Assembly (NCBI GenBank): GCA_964019335.1
Contig: OZ025681.1
Coordinates: 434,001 to 498,000, forward strand
Length of the DNA: 64,000 nt
DNA from: Diplonema japonicum
Lineage: Eukaryota; Protista; Euglenozoa: Diplonemea
Direction: 5' to 3'
Shown here: in pieces, positions 20,223-31,110 of the stretch
How positions within the stretch are numbered: the first letter of the stretch is position 1
How the letters are laid out: every line of letters starts with the position of its first letter
The notes under the pieces: generated by a model
What the model was told of the DNA's origin: nothing
Seen by the model: only the letters and a program-made list of their open reading frames with translations
The model's database searches: none
Made by a program: the position numbers and the translations under genes

Positions 20223-20627
20223 CTAGTGTTTGATCCCTTCTGTCGTGGTAGGCCCTTCGTAGTTTCTCATCAGCAGCTTGGGCGTGAAACCAACTAGCGA
20301 GTTGTTGAGGATGCAATGAGTTCGCAGTTGCTCCTCTAGGATCGGGTGGGTGTGTGAAAGTTCGCCTGCGAGCAGAAAAAAAAAAAAAAAAAAATGCTGG
20401 GGTTGGCCGATCGCAAGGGGAGACGGACGTGGAGGGGCGGGGGAGGGAAATGGTGATTTTTTTATTTTTTGCAATTAATTCTCAGCGTGTTATAATTTTC
20501 TTTTTTTTTTTTTTTTTTATTCACCCATTCTTGGATTTAACCCTCCCTGGTACCTCAGATCACACAAGGCACCCCATCTTGCATAAAAAAGATGGATGCA
20601 TTCCCTGCGAAGTGTTCTGGCACACAT
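20223..20627 (-). CDS. Possible two-exon micro-gene (81 aa); join(20525-20627, 20223-20365)
   Basis: ATG 20627, GT at 20524, poly-T...GCAG acceptor at 20366; frame is consistent. No recognisable motif. Confidence 0.25.
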
Positions 20628-21658
20628 ATTCTTTTTTCACCCCTTATTTTTTTTCTTTGACTTAAAAAAAAAAACTTGATACACCGCAGGGCAAGAGGGG
20701 GAGGGGGAGGGGAAGGGCCAAGAAGAATCTTTCTTTTCCTCTTCTTCTAAAAACCGGTTTGTAAAATAAAAGCCTTCTTTTTTTTTTTTTTCTTTTTTAT
20801 ATTTTATTTCTTATTTCTTCTTTTTTTTTTTTGTTGCCACATATTTTTGAACTGTTTTTCTTTTCTTTTGCTGTGGTGACCATTAAAGGTTACACAAAAA
20901 AGGAGGGAGGACCCTTAGCCTGAGCTAAGAAAGGAATAGTGACCCCTTTCAAGAGTGGAAGGGGTATATGTGAGATTACGTGAGAGTTCGTTGCAATGCC
21001 ACTATCTGTTAAGCCTTTCGAAGAAAAAGAAAGAAAGAAAAGAGAATAATGCAAACCTGGCCTGAGATCCATGCGGCATAGCGAAAAAACAAGAAATAAA
21101 ATGAGGGAAAAAAGTTTATTTTTTTTAGACATTCACTGTGATGTGCTAAAAGACGCACCTCTTGACCACGCGTCCGTGAATTCAGAACAACGTGGGGCGG
21201 CGGTTCATGAACTGCAGAGTAACTGCTGAGTGATATCCTTGCTGACGACTTTGATGTGCTTTAGATAAGTTAAGGAAAAAGAAATAATTTGTTCATCGAT
21301 AAAAAGGGACCCCCCCTGATGCCGGGGGGGGGGCTTTTTTACCCCCTTCTTTTTTTTAAAATTCATTTTTTTGCTTTTATTATTATTTTTTTTTGTGTTT
21401 TGCATGTCAAGGACCTTTTTAAACAGCGGGGGGGGAGAGAGGGGAGAGGGTTCGCATTCTTACTTTTTTTTTTTTTGTTTTTTGCCACCTGCCTCATCAT
21501 ATTATTTCTTTTTTTTTTTTTTAAAAAACCAGAGCAAAGGCGGCAGTAACATGTAAGAAAAAAAGAAGAAAAAAAAAGAAAAAGAAAAGGAATACTTTGT
21601 GATTGCCTGCCCAAAACAAACCATGTTCAAGAAACCTACCAGAGAGCAGGGGGGGCCC

Positions 21659-22271
21659 GGCTACGCTGTCAGCGTACGTACGCAGCAAAATCTGGAAAAG
21701 AGCGCACTCGGAGGGGGCACAAAAATGGAAGAGAGGGTGGACACACATGCGTCGTTCTCTTCAAATGGCTCCACCTGAACGATACCGCCCACCCGAGTTC
21801 CCTGCACTGCAGGACTGACCTAAAAGCCATTGGGCAATTTGCGCGCCTGCTGCCATCCTTAGATGTGGTAGCCGTTTCTCAGGCTCCCTCTCCGGAATCG
21901 AACCCTAATTCCCCGTTACCCGTTACAGCCACGGTAGTCCACTACACTACCGTCAAAAGCTGATAGGGCAGAAGCTCTTGCGGGCTTGCACCTCCTCGAG
22001 GGAGTGTGCTATCACTCGGTTGACCTGTTTCATCCACACACCGCTGCTATTGCTAGCGTTGGTTTTTATTTCGGTCAACTGTATCCACCTCACCCCCGTA
22101 AGATCTCTCTCACAGGGTGGAATCCTATCCCACCGCACATGCCCGAGACCTTTCCTGAAGACTTTCCAACATGAATGCCGTACGCACAGAACGCGTACGC
22201 AACAAAACCTAAAAAAGTACGTACAGCGTATGTTCGAAATACACGTACGTACGGCCGACAACGTTGCCCTA
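21659..22271. mobile_element. Non-autonomous TIR element with GTACG subterminal repeats enclosing an 18S fragment
   Basis: ggctacgctgtcagcgtacgtacg (21659-21682) vs reverse complement of 22244-22268, ggcaacgttgtcggccgtacgtacg. Confidence 0.55.
21828..22140 (-). pseudogene. Isolated 18S (SSU) rRNA fragment; core 21828-21982, upstream extension less certain
   Basis: Minus strand reads TTCTGCCCTATCAGCT...ACGGGTAACGGGGAATTAGGGTTCGATTCCGGAGAGGGAGCCTGAGAAACGGCTACCACATCTAAGGATGGCAGCAGGCGCGCAAATTGCCCAATG, universal eukaryotic SSU sequence. The rest of the rDNA unit is absent. Confidence 0.93.
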
Positions 22272-22274
22272 TAC

Positions 22275-22469
22275 TAGGGCTATACTGGCAAGAAACGGGG
22301 AAACGTTTCCGTTTCCGTTTCCGTTTCCGTTTCCTTAGCCGTTTCCTTTATTTTTCAGCTAGTTAAGGAAACGGCCCCAAAGTAAGGGGTTAGAAACGGG
22401 GAAACGTTTCTGTTTCCCTATTTTAAAAAAAAAAAAGTTCTTGGAAACACGTTTCTTGCCAGCATAGCC
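22275..22469. mobile_element. MITE, TAGGGCTATGCTGGCA-terminus family with GGAAAC repeats
   Basis: tagggctatactggcaagaaac ... gtttcttgccagcatagcc; internal (gtttcc)n. Confidence 0.8.
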
Positions 22470-22471
22470 GA

Positions 22472-22562
22472 GTAGAAACTTGGAGAAGTTATAAAACCCG
22501 TAAACACGTTGTTGCTAATGTTTCCCTTTTGTCTAGACAACTCAAAGACCCGTTCTTGCAAG
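22472..22562. repeat. Dispersed repeat R2
   Basis: Aligns with 42216-42300 (tggagaagtt...aaacacgttg...cccttttgtytagacaastcaaagacycgttcttgcaa). Confidence 0.8.
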
Positions 22563-23070
22563 CACGTGCCTTTGACCAATTGTGGAGATGGGGGTAGGGG
22601 GTATCAAGGATGAAACAAATGAAATCTCTTTTAGTTTTGCGGGCGGGAAATGCATTCTAAAGTACTCTTGACCACAAAATAAGAACTACCCTCCATTTTT
22701 ACGCAAAACTAAAAAAGAAAACAGGGCCGCCTCACTGTAAAGGGGGTGTTTGATACCCCCTGTGTGTGGGGGGGGGGGGGGGGGGGGAGCTGAACTGAAT
22801 GAGAAAAAAGATTATTAACCTAATATAAAGAGCTTCATTAAAAAAAAAGTACTTATGTCTTCTTTTTTTCTTCCCCCCCCCTCCCCCTCCAAAAAAAGAA
22901 TTAAGACCAATCGTCGGGGTTTATGCCAACATTCTTTTTTTGTACGACAATGTGTTTTTTTTTCTCCCCCTCTTTTTCTTTTCCCTTCTTCATTTTTATT
23001 TCTTTTTTTTTTTTACCGCCCTCCCCGTGATAAAAAAAAAAAACAAAAAAAAACAAAAAAGGAAATAATA

Positions 23071-23127
23071 ATATGAGTTAAAGGAAGTCTTTGTGAGACG
23101 CCCCTTTGTTCTCATCTTCAACCTGCA
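23071..23127. repeat. Dispersed repeat R3 (about 57 bp)
   Basis: Aligns with 57291-57347; partial copies at 32351-32382 and about 58005-58037. Confidence 0.8.
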
Positions 23128-23326
23128 TGGCGAATGGGGGAAAAGGGAAAATGCTTCGTATCTCTCACTCTTTATTCTTCCCCCCCCCCCCCCCGAAGGT
23201 TTTCCAGGAAAAAAAAAAACGTTGGCCTGTGAAGAAAAAAAAGGGGGAGGGAGGAATCGGGAATTAACGGGGTGTTCTTTCTTCTTCTCTTCTTCTCTTC
23301 TTCTTCCCTTCTCCTGTCTTCTAACG

Positions 23327-26300
23327 TCAAAGCACCATTGACTCTGCAGCATACACATTCATGTTTTCGCTCGGACTACTGCTAACAGGACCTTGGGTGC
23401 CGAACTCTTCCAGTGCATCTGCAAATGTATCGAGACTGATGTGCTGCGCTCTGCGTTTCTTAATAACCACAGCTATGACAAGGCCGGTGAGCCCAAAGCA
23501 CGCAGATGCAGCAATTATAATATAAATCCAGTAGCTGCTGCTGGAAGAGGAACAGTCAGCGGGAGATCCCGCAGACGTCTTGTCACCATCCTGGCAGCTA
23601 CAGATATAATCCTTAACCGATGACACATCATGGTCAGGGTCCTTGCAGTTTTGCTCTTCCCCACACGGCTTTGCAAGGCACTCATCGACGACTGACGCGG
23701 CTGCTTTGCAAACATAAGAGTTCGAGGTGTTCCTGTCGTCGTCGACGCACACGCTGTCCCCTACGCAAGGTTCGTTCTCACACTCGTTGAGGAAGTACTC
23801 GGTGCACACCGCCCTTCTACCCTTGGCACCCACTCCGTTGACACATCTGCACACGAAGTCTCCTGTGCTCATTGTTGTTTTGACGGGGTCCACACATGAC
23901 TGGTTCCCACAAGCGCCATCCAAGCATTCGTCCAGGACCCGTGTGCATGTATAGGTGTTTGCTGTGGTGAGGTCGGAGTCTTCGCACATTTCTCCAGCTG
24001 CGCATGGGTTGGCTAGGCACTCGTCGTTGCCTATGTCGCAGTTTGCCCTTCGTCCTACGGCCGTGGCTCCATTTTCACAACTGCATACAAAGTCGTGTAT
24101 CCTTGCCGTCCTTGTGTCTGGGTCGTGGCATGTTTGGTTCCCGCAGTACCCCTTCTCGCACTCGTCCAGAACGCACATGGCAGGCCCGTCCACCTGCACT
24201 ACGCTTTTGTCGTTCGCACACTCGCAACGGAAGTCGTGTTGCACTGTATACCTCGTGTCGGGGTCGAAGCACACCTGCTCTGCGCCGCATGGCGTCTTTG
24301 CACACTCATCCAGGACGCATAGAGCAATGCCTCCTGTAGCTTCTACACCGTTCGTGCACGTGCACGTGTAGTCCTTCAGTGCGTGCATTGTTTTGTTGGG
24401 GTCGTTGCATGTCTGGTTTGTCCCGCACGGTCTTTTTGCACATTCATCCAGATCGCACAGGGCAGGGCCGTCTATTTGCATTAAAGTGTCATCTATATCA
24501 CAAGTGCAGATGTAGTCGTGCTGCTCTGTGTACGTGGTGTTGGGGTCCACGCATGACTGTTCTGCCCCGCAAGGGTTGACCAGACACTCGTCATAAACAC
24601 ACTTCGCGGCGCCACCAGTGGCCTTCACCCCGTTGTCGCATTCGCACGTGAAGTCCTTAAGCGAGTGAAACGAAGTGTTTGGATCGTTGCAAGTCTGCGT
24701 TGAGCCACACGGCAATTGCGTGCACTCGTCGAGCATGCACACGGCAGGGTCGTCGATCTGCTTCAGGCTGTCATCTATATCACAAGTGCAGATGTAGTCG
24801 TGCTGCTCTGTGTACGTGGTGTTGGGGTCCTCGCACGACTGGTCCGGCCCACAAGGCGTGGTGCTGCACTCATCGAACTCACATGTAGCAAGGCCACCTA
24901 CAGCCTTCACACCGTTGTCACACTCGCACGTAAAGTCCTTAAGTGAATGTACTGAGGTGTTGCCATCGATGCACGTCTGGTTGCCACAAGGTCCCCTGAC
25001 ACATTCATCAAGCGTGCACACGGCAGGACCATCGATCTGCTTCAAAGTGTTGTCATTGTCGCAAGTGCAGATGTAGTCGTGCTGCTCTGTGTACGTGGTG
25101 TTGGGGTCCTCGCACGACTGCCCCGGTCCGCATGGCGTGGCGTCGCACTCATCGCTGGTGCACGTTGCGATGCCTCCTGTGGATTTCACGCCGTTGCTGC
25201 ATGCGCACGTGAAATCCTTCAGTACGTGCACTGACTTGTCCGGGTCGTTGCACACCTGACCAGTGCCGCAAGGAGTGCGGTCACATTCATCAAGCGTGCA
25301 AACGGCAGGCCCGTCAATCTGCTTTAAAGTGTTATCAGCGTCGCAAGTGCAAACGTAGTCGTGCTGCTCGGTGTATTTAGTGTTGGGGTCATTGCACGAC
25401 TGGCCTGCCCCGCAAGGGTTCGGACTGCACTCGTCTTTCTCGCAGGTGGCAGCAGCGCCTGTTGCCTTCACACCGTTGCCACAGGTGCATGTGAAGTCGT
25501 TCGAGCTCCCACTACTTGGGTCAGGATCATTGCAAGTCTGCATTGAGCCACAAGGGTTTGCAAGGCACTCATCCACGACACACGTTGCAGGGCCATTTAC
25601 CTGCGAGCCTGTGCCTACATTGCAGGTGCATTTATAGTTGTTAGTCCCGCCGGGAGTGGTGTCAGGATCGGAACACGTTTGGCCACCAGGGCAAGGGTCT
25701 GCCAGACATTCATCCAGAACACATGTTGCAGGATTTCCAGTGGCTGTGCCAGTGCCCGTCGTGCATTGGCAAAAGAAATTACCAGTGGTGCTGGTGTCTG
25801 TGTCGGTACACGACTGGCCTGCCCCGCAAGGCGTCATCCCGCACTCATCTGTACCACCAGAAGAACATGTTGCTACACCGCCGACTTTAGACGGCCCGTT
25901 GCTCGGGCACTGACAGGTGAAGTCACGACTAGAGCTCGCTTTAGTAGAAGCATCAACACATGTTTGGCTGGTGCCACATGGCTTTGCCGTACATTCATCA
26001 ATAGTGCACACAGCCGCAGCTTTCACACGAACTGTGGCAGGGTCGGAGTCACAGGTGCATGTGAAGTCATACAAAGAACGCACCTTGGTGTCGGGGTCGT
26101 TGCATGTTTGACCAGAGCCGCACGGGTTCTTGTCACACTCATTGAGGACGCACTTCGTGGGGGCACCAGTAGCTTTCGTGGAAGCGTCGTTTTTGCAAGT
26201 GCACACAAAGTCCTTGATGTGGTGCGGTGAGGTGCTGGGGTCCGTGCACGTCTGGTCAGAACCACACGGGGCGGGCGTAGCAGCACACTCATCCTTCACG

Positions 26301-29300
26301 CACGTTGGCTGGCCACCGATTTTCGTAATAGTGTTATCAGCCGTACAAGTGCACACAAAGTCAAGGTGAGCACTGTACTTGGTGTCAGGGTCATTGCATG
26401 TCTGATCACTACCGCACGGGTTAGCATTGCATTCGTTTAGAACACAACTAGCAGAAGCGCCCGTTGCCTTCGTTGCGGGGTCGCTGTCGCAGGTGCAGAC
26501 GAAGTCTTTGATGTGGTGTGGTGACGTGCTTGGGTCCACGCAAGACTGCCCGGAGCCACAAGGGTTGGTGCCAGCACATTCATCCTTTATGCATGTAGCT
26601 GCACTGCCAATTTTCTTGATCGTGCCGTCTGCTTTGCACACGCACTCAAAGTCGAGGTGGGAACTGTATTTCGTGTCCGGGTCGTTGCATGTCTGGTCAG
26701 AGCCGCACGGCGAAGAGTTGCATTCATCGAGGACACACGTGGCAGCAGCACCTGTGGCCTTTGTTGCAACATCGTTGTCACAGGTGCAGATGAAGTCCTT
26801 AATGTGGTGTGGTGAGGTGCTTGGGTCTACACACGACTGTCCTGTGCCGCACGGGTTGAGATTCGCGCACTCATCTTTGACACACACCGGTATGCCGCCG
26901 ATTTTACTGATACTTGTGTCGGCCTTGCACGTGCACACATAGTCCCGCTGTGCACTGTACTTAGTGTTGGGGTCATTGCATGTCTGATCAGAACCGCAGG
27001 GCTTGCCATCGCACTCGTTCAGGACACACGTGGCTGCTGCACCAGTGGCCTTCGTAGCAGAGTCGGTCTTGCAAGTGCAGACGAAGTCCTTAATGTGGTG
27101 CGGTGACGTGCTAGTGTCTGCACAAGTCTGGTCAGAACCACACGGGCTGGCATCACACTCATCTTTCACACATGTGGGTTGCCCACCGATTTTGCTGATC
27201 GTGCTGTCAGCTTTACACGTGCATTCATAATCTTGCTGTGTACTGTATTTGGTGTCAGGGTCATTGCATGTCTGGTCTGCACCACACGGTGAGCTGTCAC
27301 ATTCGTTCAAGACGCAAGTAGCGATAGCACCTGTCGCCTTCGTGCCAGGGTCATTGTCGCAGGTGCAGACAAAGTCTTTAATACTTTGTGGGGAAGTGTC
27401 TGGGTCAGAGCACGACTGCCCCGAGCCACACGGGCTGGGGTTACACTCATCCTTCACGCATGTAGCAGATCCACCAAGCTTCTTGATGTTAGAGTCACTT
27501 TTACACGTGCAGGTGAAGTCTAAGCTCGCTCCCGATGCATCAGAACAGGTCTGATCGGCCCCACAAGGATCAGCGTCGCACTCATCGCTGCTGCACACAG
27601 CGTTTTTGATGAAGACGTTCCTGTCATATACACCAAGCTGCCTCTCGAAATTGCAGGTGCCATCGCACGCACTGTCGCACATGTCCTTCCCAATGGAGTG
27701 CACGTTTGCTCCGGTGTACTTCCTCCAGCACTGCACATCGGTGTCGGGGTTCACACGCGTCCACGTGCACTTCTTGTGTGCGATGGTGCAGTGCCCGTCA
27801 GAGAACCTACGCCAGAAAGCCTCGCAGTTCGGGTCTGCGTCACATTTTGCCTTGCACTGGTTTAAGGAGTAAGGCTTCTTCTTTGTGTCGGCTACGTAAC
27901 CAGACATGCACTTTCTCCCCTCTGTGGATTTGCAGTACCCATCCCCTACCTTGTTGTACCCAGGGAGGATCTCTGAATCAAGCGTCATTATTGAAGGGGC
28001 TGTAATCCCGAGCTGGGAAGCTTTCTCCACAGCGCACTTCACAACGTAGGTCATCCCGTAGCCCACGGGGTTCAACTTCATAGTTCTCATAAAGTCGAAT
28101 TTGGCGATCCCACCAGTGACGTTTGCCGCCATGCGGCGGGAAGCACCCAACTTGCTCTGCATGAGCTCTGCAGTATCGGGGATGTCCGTCTTGGAACCTC
28201 TGTGGAGGACACACCATACAGTCATCCCTTCCATGTGACCGTTGGTCTGCACGATGATAGGAATTCCGGCGTCCCCACCACTAAGGGGCCACCTGTCCAA
28301 GACATGCATGCGAGCCCCCTCACGTTCATAGGACGCTGCCCCGTAGGTATCGAAGCACGACTCGTAGGCACAGCCTTCTACGCGGTTGATCTTCTTTGTG
28401 GTCAGTGGTGAAGCGTACAATGCACATGTCTTTTGTGTGTGGGAGAACGTGAAGCCGCCACATCGAGAATCCTCTTCGCACCGCGTGGCACAGCAGTCGT
28501 GGTCCACAACTTTCTCTGCTGCCTTCAGAGTTGCCCCTTCGATGCGCGTCCAGCCGAAAGGGTTGGCCAAGAGCTTGTACCCGTTGATGAGGGGTGCCAT
28601 CCCTTCACGAGAGCACATCCACATGTCGTAGGCCCCGTGCCACTTCCGCACCCCGTTGTCTACATGGATCATCATGCATTTGTGGAACCAGGCATCTGAA
28701 GGGTCGCGCTTCATGAAGACGAACCCGATGCACAAGACATCCATGTCGCACAGGGCCTGGCATTCTTCTGCGTTGTCGAAGGGACCAAGTGGCACATCAG
28801 GGAAGTGAGGCTCTTGCACGATCAACGCCCCCTGGTCTTTCCAAGCGTTGCGAGAAGCCTTTGAGTTCCCATCGAAAGGAGCTGTGCGCTGGTACCGAAC
28901 CCAACGATTGCACCTCGGTCGCTCCTTCCCAGTTGGCTTCTCTCCGTCTTTCGTCGGACACACAGCAGGGCCAACCACTCGCACCCCGTAGTGCGTCTTC
29001 TGCATCACCTGTGCTTCGATCCAGCAGCTCTCCGCACTCCTGCCCCCTGTGGGGTACGACCACGTCCAATAGCGGCAGGGCTTCGGCCCTGTGTAGTCTC
29101 GGCACAGTTGAGCGCACATCTTTGCAGTCGGTACTTGGTTCCACTTCCCCAGAATGATGTCATCGGGACCGGGAATGTCGTGCCCCATGGTGATCCCCCC
29201 TTCCGCGCACGGCAGGTCGAACTCATCTTCGTAGTCGGAGATCGGGTGCCTTGCCCCCACCTGCTGCTCGTTCGTCGACATCACCGGGTACTCCCCATTT

Positions 29301-30124
29301 GCATTCACTGACACCACAATGAGGTAGTGCGGGTTGCACTGGTCGGTTCCGGATGTCGTCCGTTGCTTCCTATCCCACGAGATTGGGCACCGCTCAGGGG
29401 GCTTCGTCCCCATCGGGATCGTGAAGCGGATGTCACACCCAGTCTTCTTGACTTCTTTGAGAAGTCTTGTCTCGTCTTTGAACTTCGTCGTCTCCCACGA
29501 CACAGGGTTCTTCAGCCCGCAAGATGGCACTTTGCGCACCATCTTGCCGAACCCCCAGTAGACACGGTAGTGTGTGATATCGCGTTCATCTGGGGCACGA
29601 AGGATCGTGATCTCACCGCCAAAACGGAACCTCCCCGGGTCACGATCGACGAAGATCAGCCCTGCAGCGTTCTTCTTTGGCACAGGCTTGCTTGGTTTGC
29701 AGCACATCTCGGTGTTGCATTCAAAGTAACATGAGACCGATGATGCGCCAGACTTTTGCGTCCACCCAGTCGGACATGTGTAGGTGTCGCACTTCGCCGC
29801 CACACAACATGTGGCGTCCGTGCACTTGCCTGCGTAGTCGTCCCCAAGAACGTAGTTCGCGCACACGATACCATCGGCGTCATGTCGCAGCACACCTTTC
29901 TTGCACGTGTAAGGCGGGATGTCTGCAGGAGGCATCTTGTCTATCAAGTACTGGTACCGTGTGTTCCCGTCTCCCGGCCTCCTGTTGCAGTACGGCCACT
30001 TCGGGTAGTCCTTCTTGTTCTGCGGCGGACCCCAGTCGCGGCAGTCTCTGTTGTTGTAGATGTTCCCTCGCGCGGCCCCTGCCAGCAGCATCGTGCAACA
30101 CGCCAATTTCCATGTGAAAATCAT
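23327..30124 (-). CDS. Giant type I membrane protein (2265 aa): Cys-rich and PAN/apple domains, long EGF-like repeat array, TM, short tail
   Basis: Signal peptide; several C..LC...C..(W/F) PAN-like units; more than 25 DEC...PCG..Q.C.D....F.C.C repeats; TM YWIYIIIAASACFGLTGLVIAVVI followed by KKRR. Confidence 0.93.
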   Translation of the reverse strand: MIFTWKLACCTMLLAGAARGNIYNNRDCRDWGPPQNKKDYPKWPYCNRRPGDGNTRYQYLIDKMPPADIPPYTCKKGVLRHDADGIVCANYVLGDDYAGKCTDATCCVAAKCDTYTCPTGWTQKSGASSVSCYFECNTEMCCKPSKPVPKKNAAGLIFVDRDPGRFRFGGEITILRAPDERDITHYRVYWGFGKMVRKVPSCGLKNPVSWETTKFKDETRLLKEVKKTGCDIRFTIPMGTKPPERCPISWDRKQRTTSGTDQCNPHYLIVVSVNANGEYPVMSTNEQQVGARHPISDYEDEFDLPCAEGGITMGHDIPGPDDIILGKWNQVPTAKMCAQLCRDYTGPKPCRYWTWSYPTGGRSAESCWIEAQVMQKTHYGVRVVGPAVCPTKDGEKPTGKERPRCNRWVRYQRTAPFDGNSKASRNAWKDQGALIVQEPHFPDVPLGPFDNAEECQALCDMDVLCIGFVFMKRDPSDAWFHKCMMIHVDNGVRKWHGAYDMWMCSREGMAPLINGYKLLANPFGWTRIEGATLKAAEKVVDHDCCATRCEEDSRCGGFTFSHTQKTCALYASPLTTKKINRVEGCAYESCFDTYGAASYEREGARMHVLDRWPLSGGDAGIPIIVQTNGHMEGMTVWCVLHRGSKTDIPDTAELMQSKLGASRRMAANVTGGIAKFDFMRTMKLNPVGYGMTYVVKCAVEKASQLGITAPSIMTLDSEILPGYNKVGDGYCKSTEGRKCMSGYVADTKKKPYSLNQCKAKCDADPNCEAFWRRFSDGHCTIAHKKCTWTRVNPDTDVQCWRKYTGANVHSIGKDMCDSACDGTCNFERQLGVYDRNVFIKNAVCSSDECDADPCGADQTCSDASGASLDFTCTCKSDSNIKKLGGSATCVKDECNPSPCGSGQSCSDPDTSPQSIKDFVCTCDNDPGTKATGAIATCVLNECDSSPCGADQTCNDPDTKYSTQQDYECTCKADSTISKIGGQPTCVKDECDASPCGSDQTCADTSTSPHHIKDFVCTCKTDSATKATGAAATCVLNECDGKPCGSDQTCNDPNTKYSAQRDYVCTCKADTSISKIGGIPVCVKDECANLNPCGTGQSCVDPSTSPHHIKDFICTCDNDVATKATGAAATCVLDECNSSPCGSDQTCNDPDTKYSSHLDFECVCKADGTIKKIGSAATCIKDECAGTNPCGSGQSCVDPSTSPHHIKDFVCTCDSDPATKATGASASCVLNECNANPCGSDQTCNDPDTKYSAHLDFVCTCTADNTITKIGGQPTCVKDECAATPAPCGSDQTCTDPSTSPHHIKDFVCTCKNDASTKATGAPTKCVLNECDKNPCGSGQTCNDPDTKVRSLYDFTCTCDSDPATVRVKAAAVCTIDECTAKPCGTSQTCVDASTKASSSRDFTCQCPSNGPSKVGGVATCSSGGTDECGMTPCGAGQSCTDTDTSTTGNFFCQCTTGTGTATGNPATCVLDECLADPCPGGQTCSDPDTTPGGTNNYKCTCNVGTGSQVNGPATCVVDECLANPCGSMQTCNDPDPSSGSSNDFTCTCGNGVKATGAAATCEKDECSPNPCGAGQSCNDPNTKYTEQHDYVCTCDADNTLKQIDGPAVCTLDECDRTPCGTGQVCNDPDKSVHVLKDFTCACSNGVKSTGGIATCTSDECDATPCGPGQSCEDPNTTYTEQHDYICTCDNDNTLKQIDGPAVCTLDECVRGPCGNQTCIDGNTSVHSLKDFTCECDNGVKAVGGLATCEFDECSTTPCGPDQSCEDPNTTYTEQHDYICTCDIDDSLKQIDDPAVCMLDECTQLPCGSTQTCNDPNTSFHSLKDFTCECDNGVKATGGAAKCVYDECLVNPCGAEQSCVDPNTTYTEQHDYICTCDIDDTLMQIDGPALCDLDECAKRPCGTNQTCNDPNKTMHALKDYTCTCTNGVEATGGIALCVLDECAKTPCGAEQVCFDPDTRYTVQHDFRCECANDKSVVQVDGPAMCVLDECEKGYCGNQTCHDPDTRTARIHDFVCSCENGATAVGRRANCDIGNDECLANPCAAGEMCEDSDLTTANTYTCTRVLDECLDGACGNQSCVDPVKTTMSTGDFVCRCVNGVGAKGRRAVCTEYFLNECENEPCVGDSVCVDDDRNTSNSYVCKAAASVVDECLAKPCGEEQNCKDPDHDVSSVKDYICSCQDGDKTSAGSPADCSSSSSSYWIYIIIAASACFGLTGLVIAVVIKKRRAQHISLDTFADALEEFGTQGPVSSSPSENMNVYAAESMVL

Positions 30125-30282
30125 TTCTCCCCCTTAATCGTACCTCTTCTTTTCTCCTCCCCCCCAACCCTCTCCTGTAAGCATTGCATGGAGCAAAAAG
30201 ACAACACAAAATGTTATTAGAGTACTCCACTGCGCGGGTAAGGTAAAGCATATAGGAGGACCCCGTGCTGGTAAGGACGGGA

Positions 30283-31110
30283 TCAATCAGATCCACGGGC
30301 GACCCATGCTGTGGCACGGGCGAGAACCTCATTCGAACTAGGGAGAAGTTCGAAGTGGGGTCCGATGGCTACGATATGGCAGCGTGGGGAACGGTCTTCA
30401 GACGAGTAGTGCGGGTGTTGGTAGCGTGTGCGTATGATGACAGGCGTGCCAATGAGACGCTCGGCCTCTTCGTCTGTCTGCGAGGACTCAAACACCCTCG
30501 TGCGGTACGTAGAATCAACATTAACGTCATCTTCATAACCGGCGTCAATAGTCATAAGGGGCGACTCGTCAAAATGGGTCATGTTCCCTACTGTAGCAGA
30601 GAACACAGAGACTCCCTTAGGGGTCGCGTTGAGTAGGATCTGCCCCACGATACCTGTGTCGCCATACATCGGGTCTTGCTTGACAGGAATCAAGTCGTAC
30701 TGGTGCCCTAAAACCCACGCTCCTGCACAAATCCCAACCACACCGAGACCTTTAGACATTTCCTCAAGGAGCTTTTCCTTGCGGCCGTTCTCTGCTAAAG
30801 ACTCGACTGCCGGATCGTCATGTCCACCAGGGATGTGCACCGCACAGCAGGTTTCTAAGCCATCCAAGCAACCGTCGTCGATGGGGATCTCAATCACATT
30901 GTACCCCTCTTCTTGTAAGGTTTGCTTTGTCTGCTTCACACATAAGCTGTCGCAAGCTTGCACGCCGCATGAGGAAAGCCCACCACCGGTGAATACACCG
31001 ACGATTCTCTTACGCCCCGACCACCACTCGGAGTGGGCTGAGAAGTCCAAGCTGCACACGTCACATTCTTCAGGGTTTGTGATGCTGTTACGAAACGCAG
31101 AGCACGCCAT
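30283..31110 (-). CDS. BPL_N / class I glutamine amidotransferase-like protein with N-terminal C-C-C-H cluster
   Basis: VGVFTGGG, HIPGGHD, nucleophile elbow VGICAGA, GPHFEL; N-terminal CSAF...CDVC...H. Confidence 0.75.
   Translation of the reverse strand: MACSAFRNSITNPEECDVCSLDFSAHSEWWSGRKRIVGVFTGGGLSSCGVQACDSLCVKQTKQTLQEEGYNVIEIPIDDGCLDGLETCCAVHIPGGHDDPAVESLAENGRKEKLLEEMSKGLGVVGICAGAWVLGHQYDLIPVKQDPMYGDTGIVGQILLNATPKGVSVFSATVGNMTHFDESPLMTIDAGYEDDVNVDSTYRTRVFESSQTDEEAERLIGTPVIIRTRYQHPHYSSEDRSPRCHIVAIGPHFELLPSSNEVLARATAWVARGSD

Noticed and set aside
21828-22140. Functional rRNA gene
   Set aside because: Only about 150-310 nt; no other SSU, 5.8S or LSU sequence nearby.
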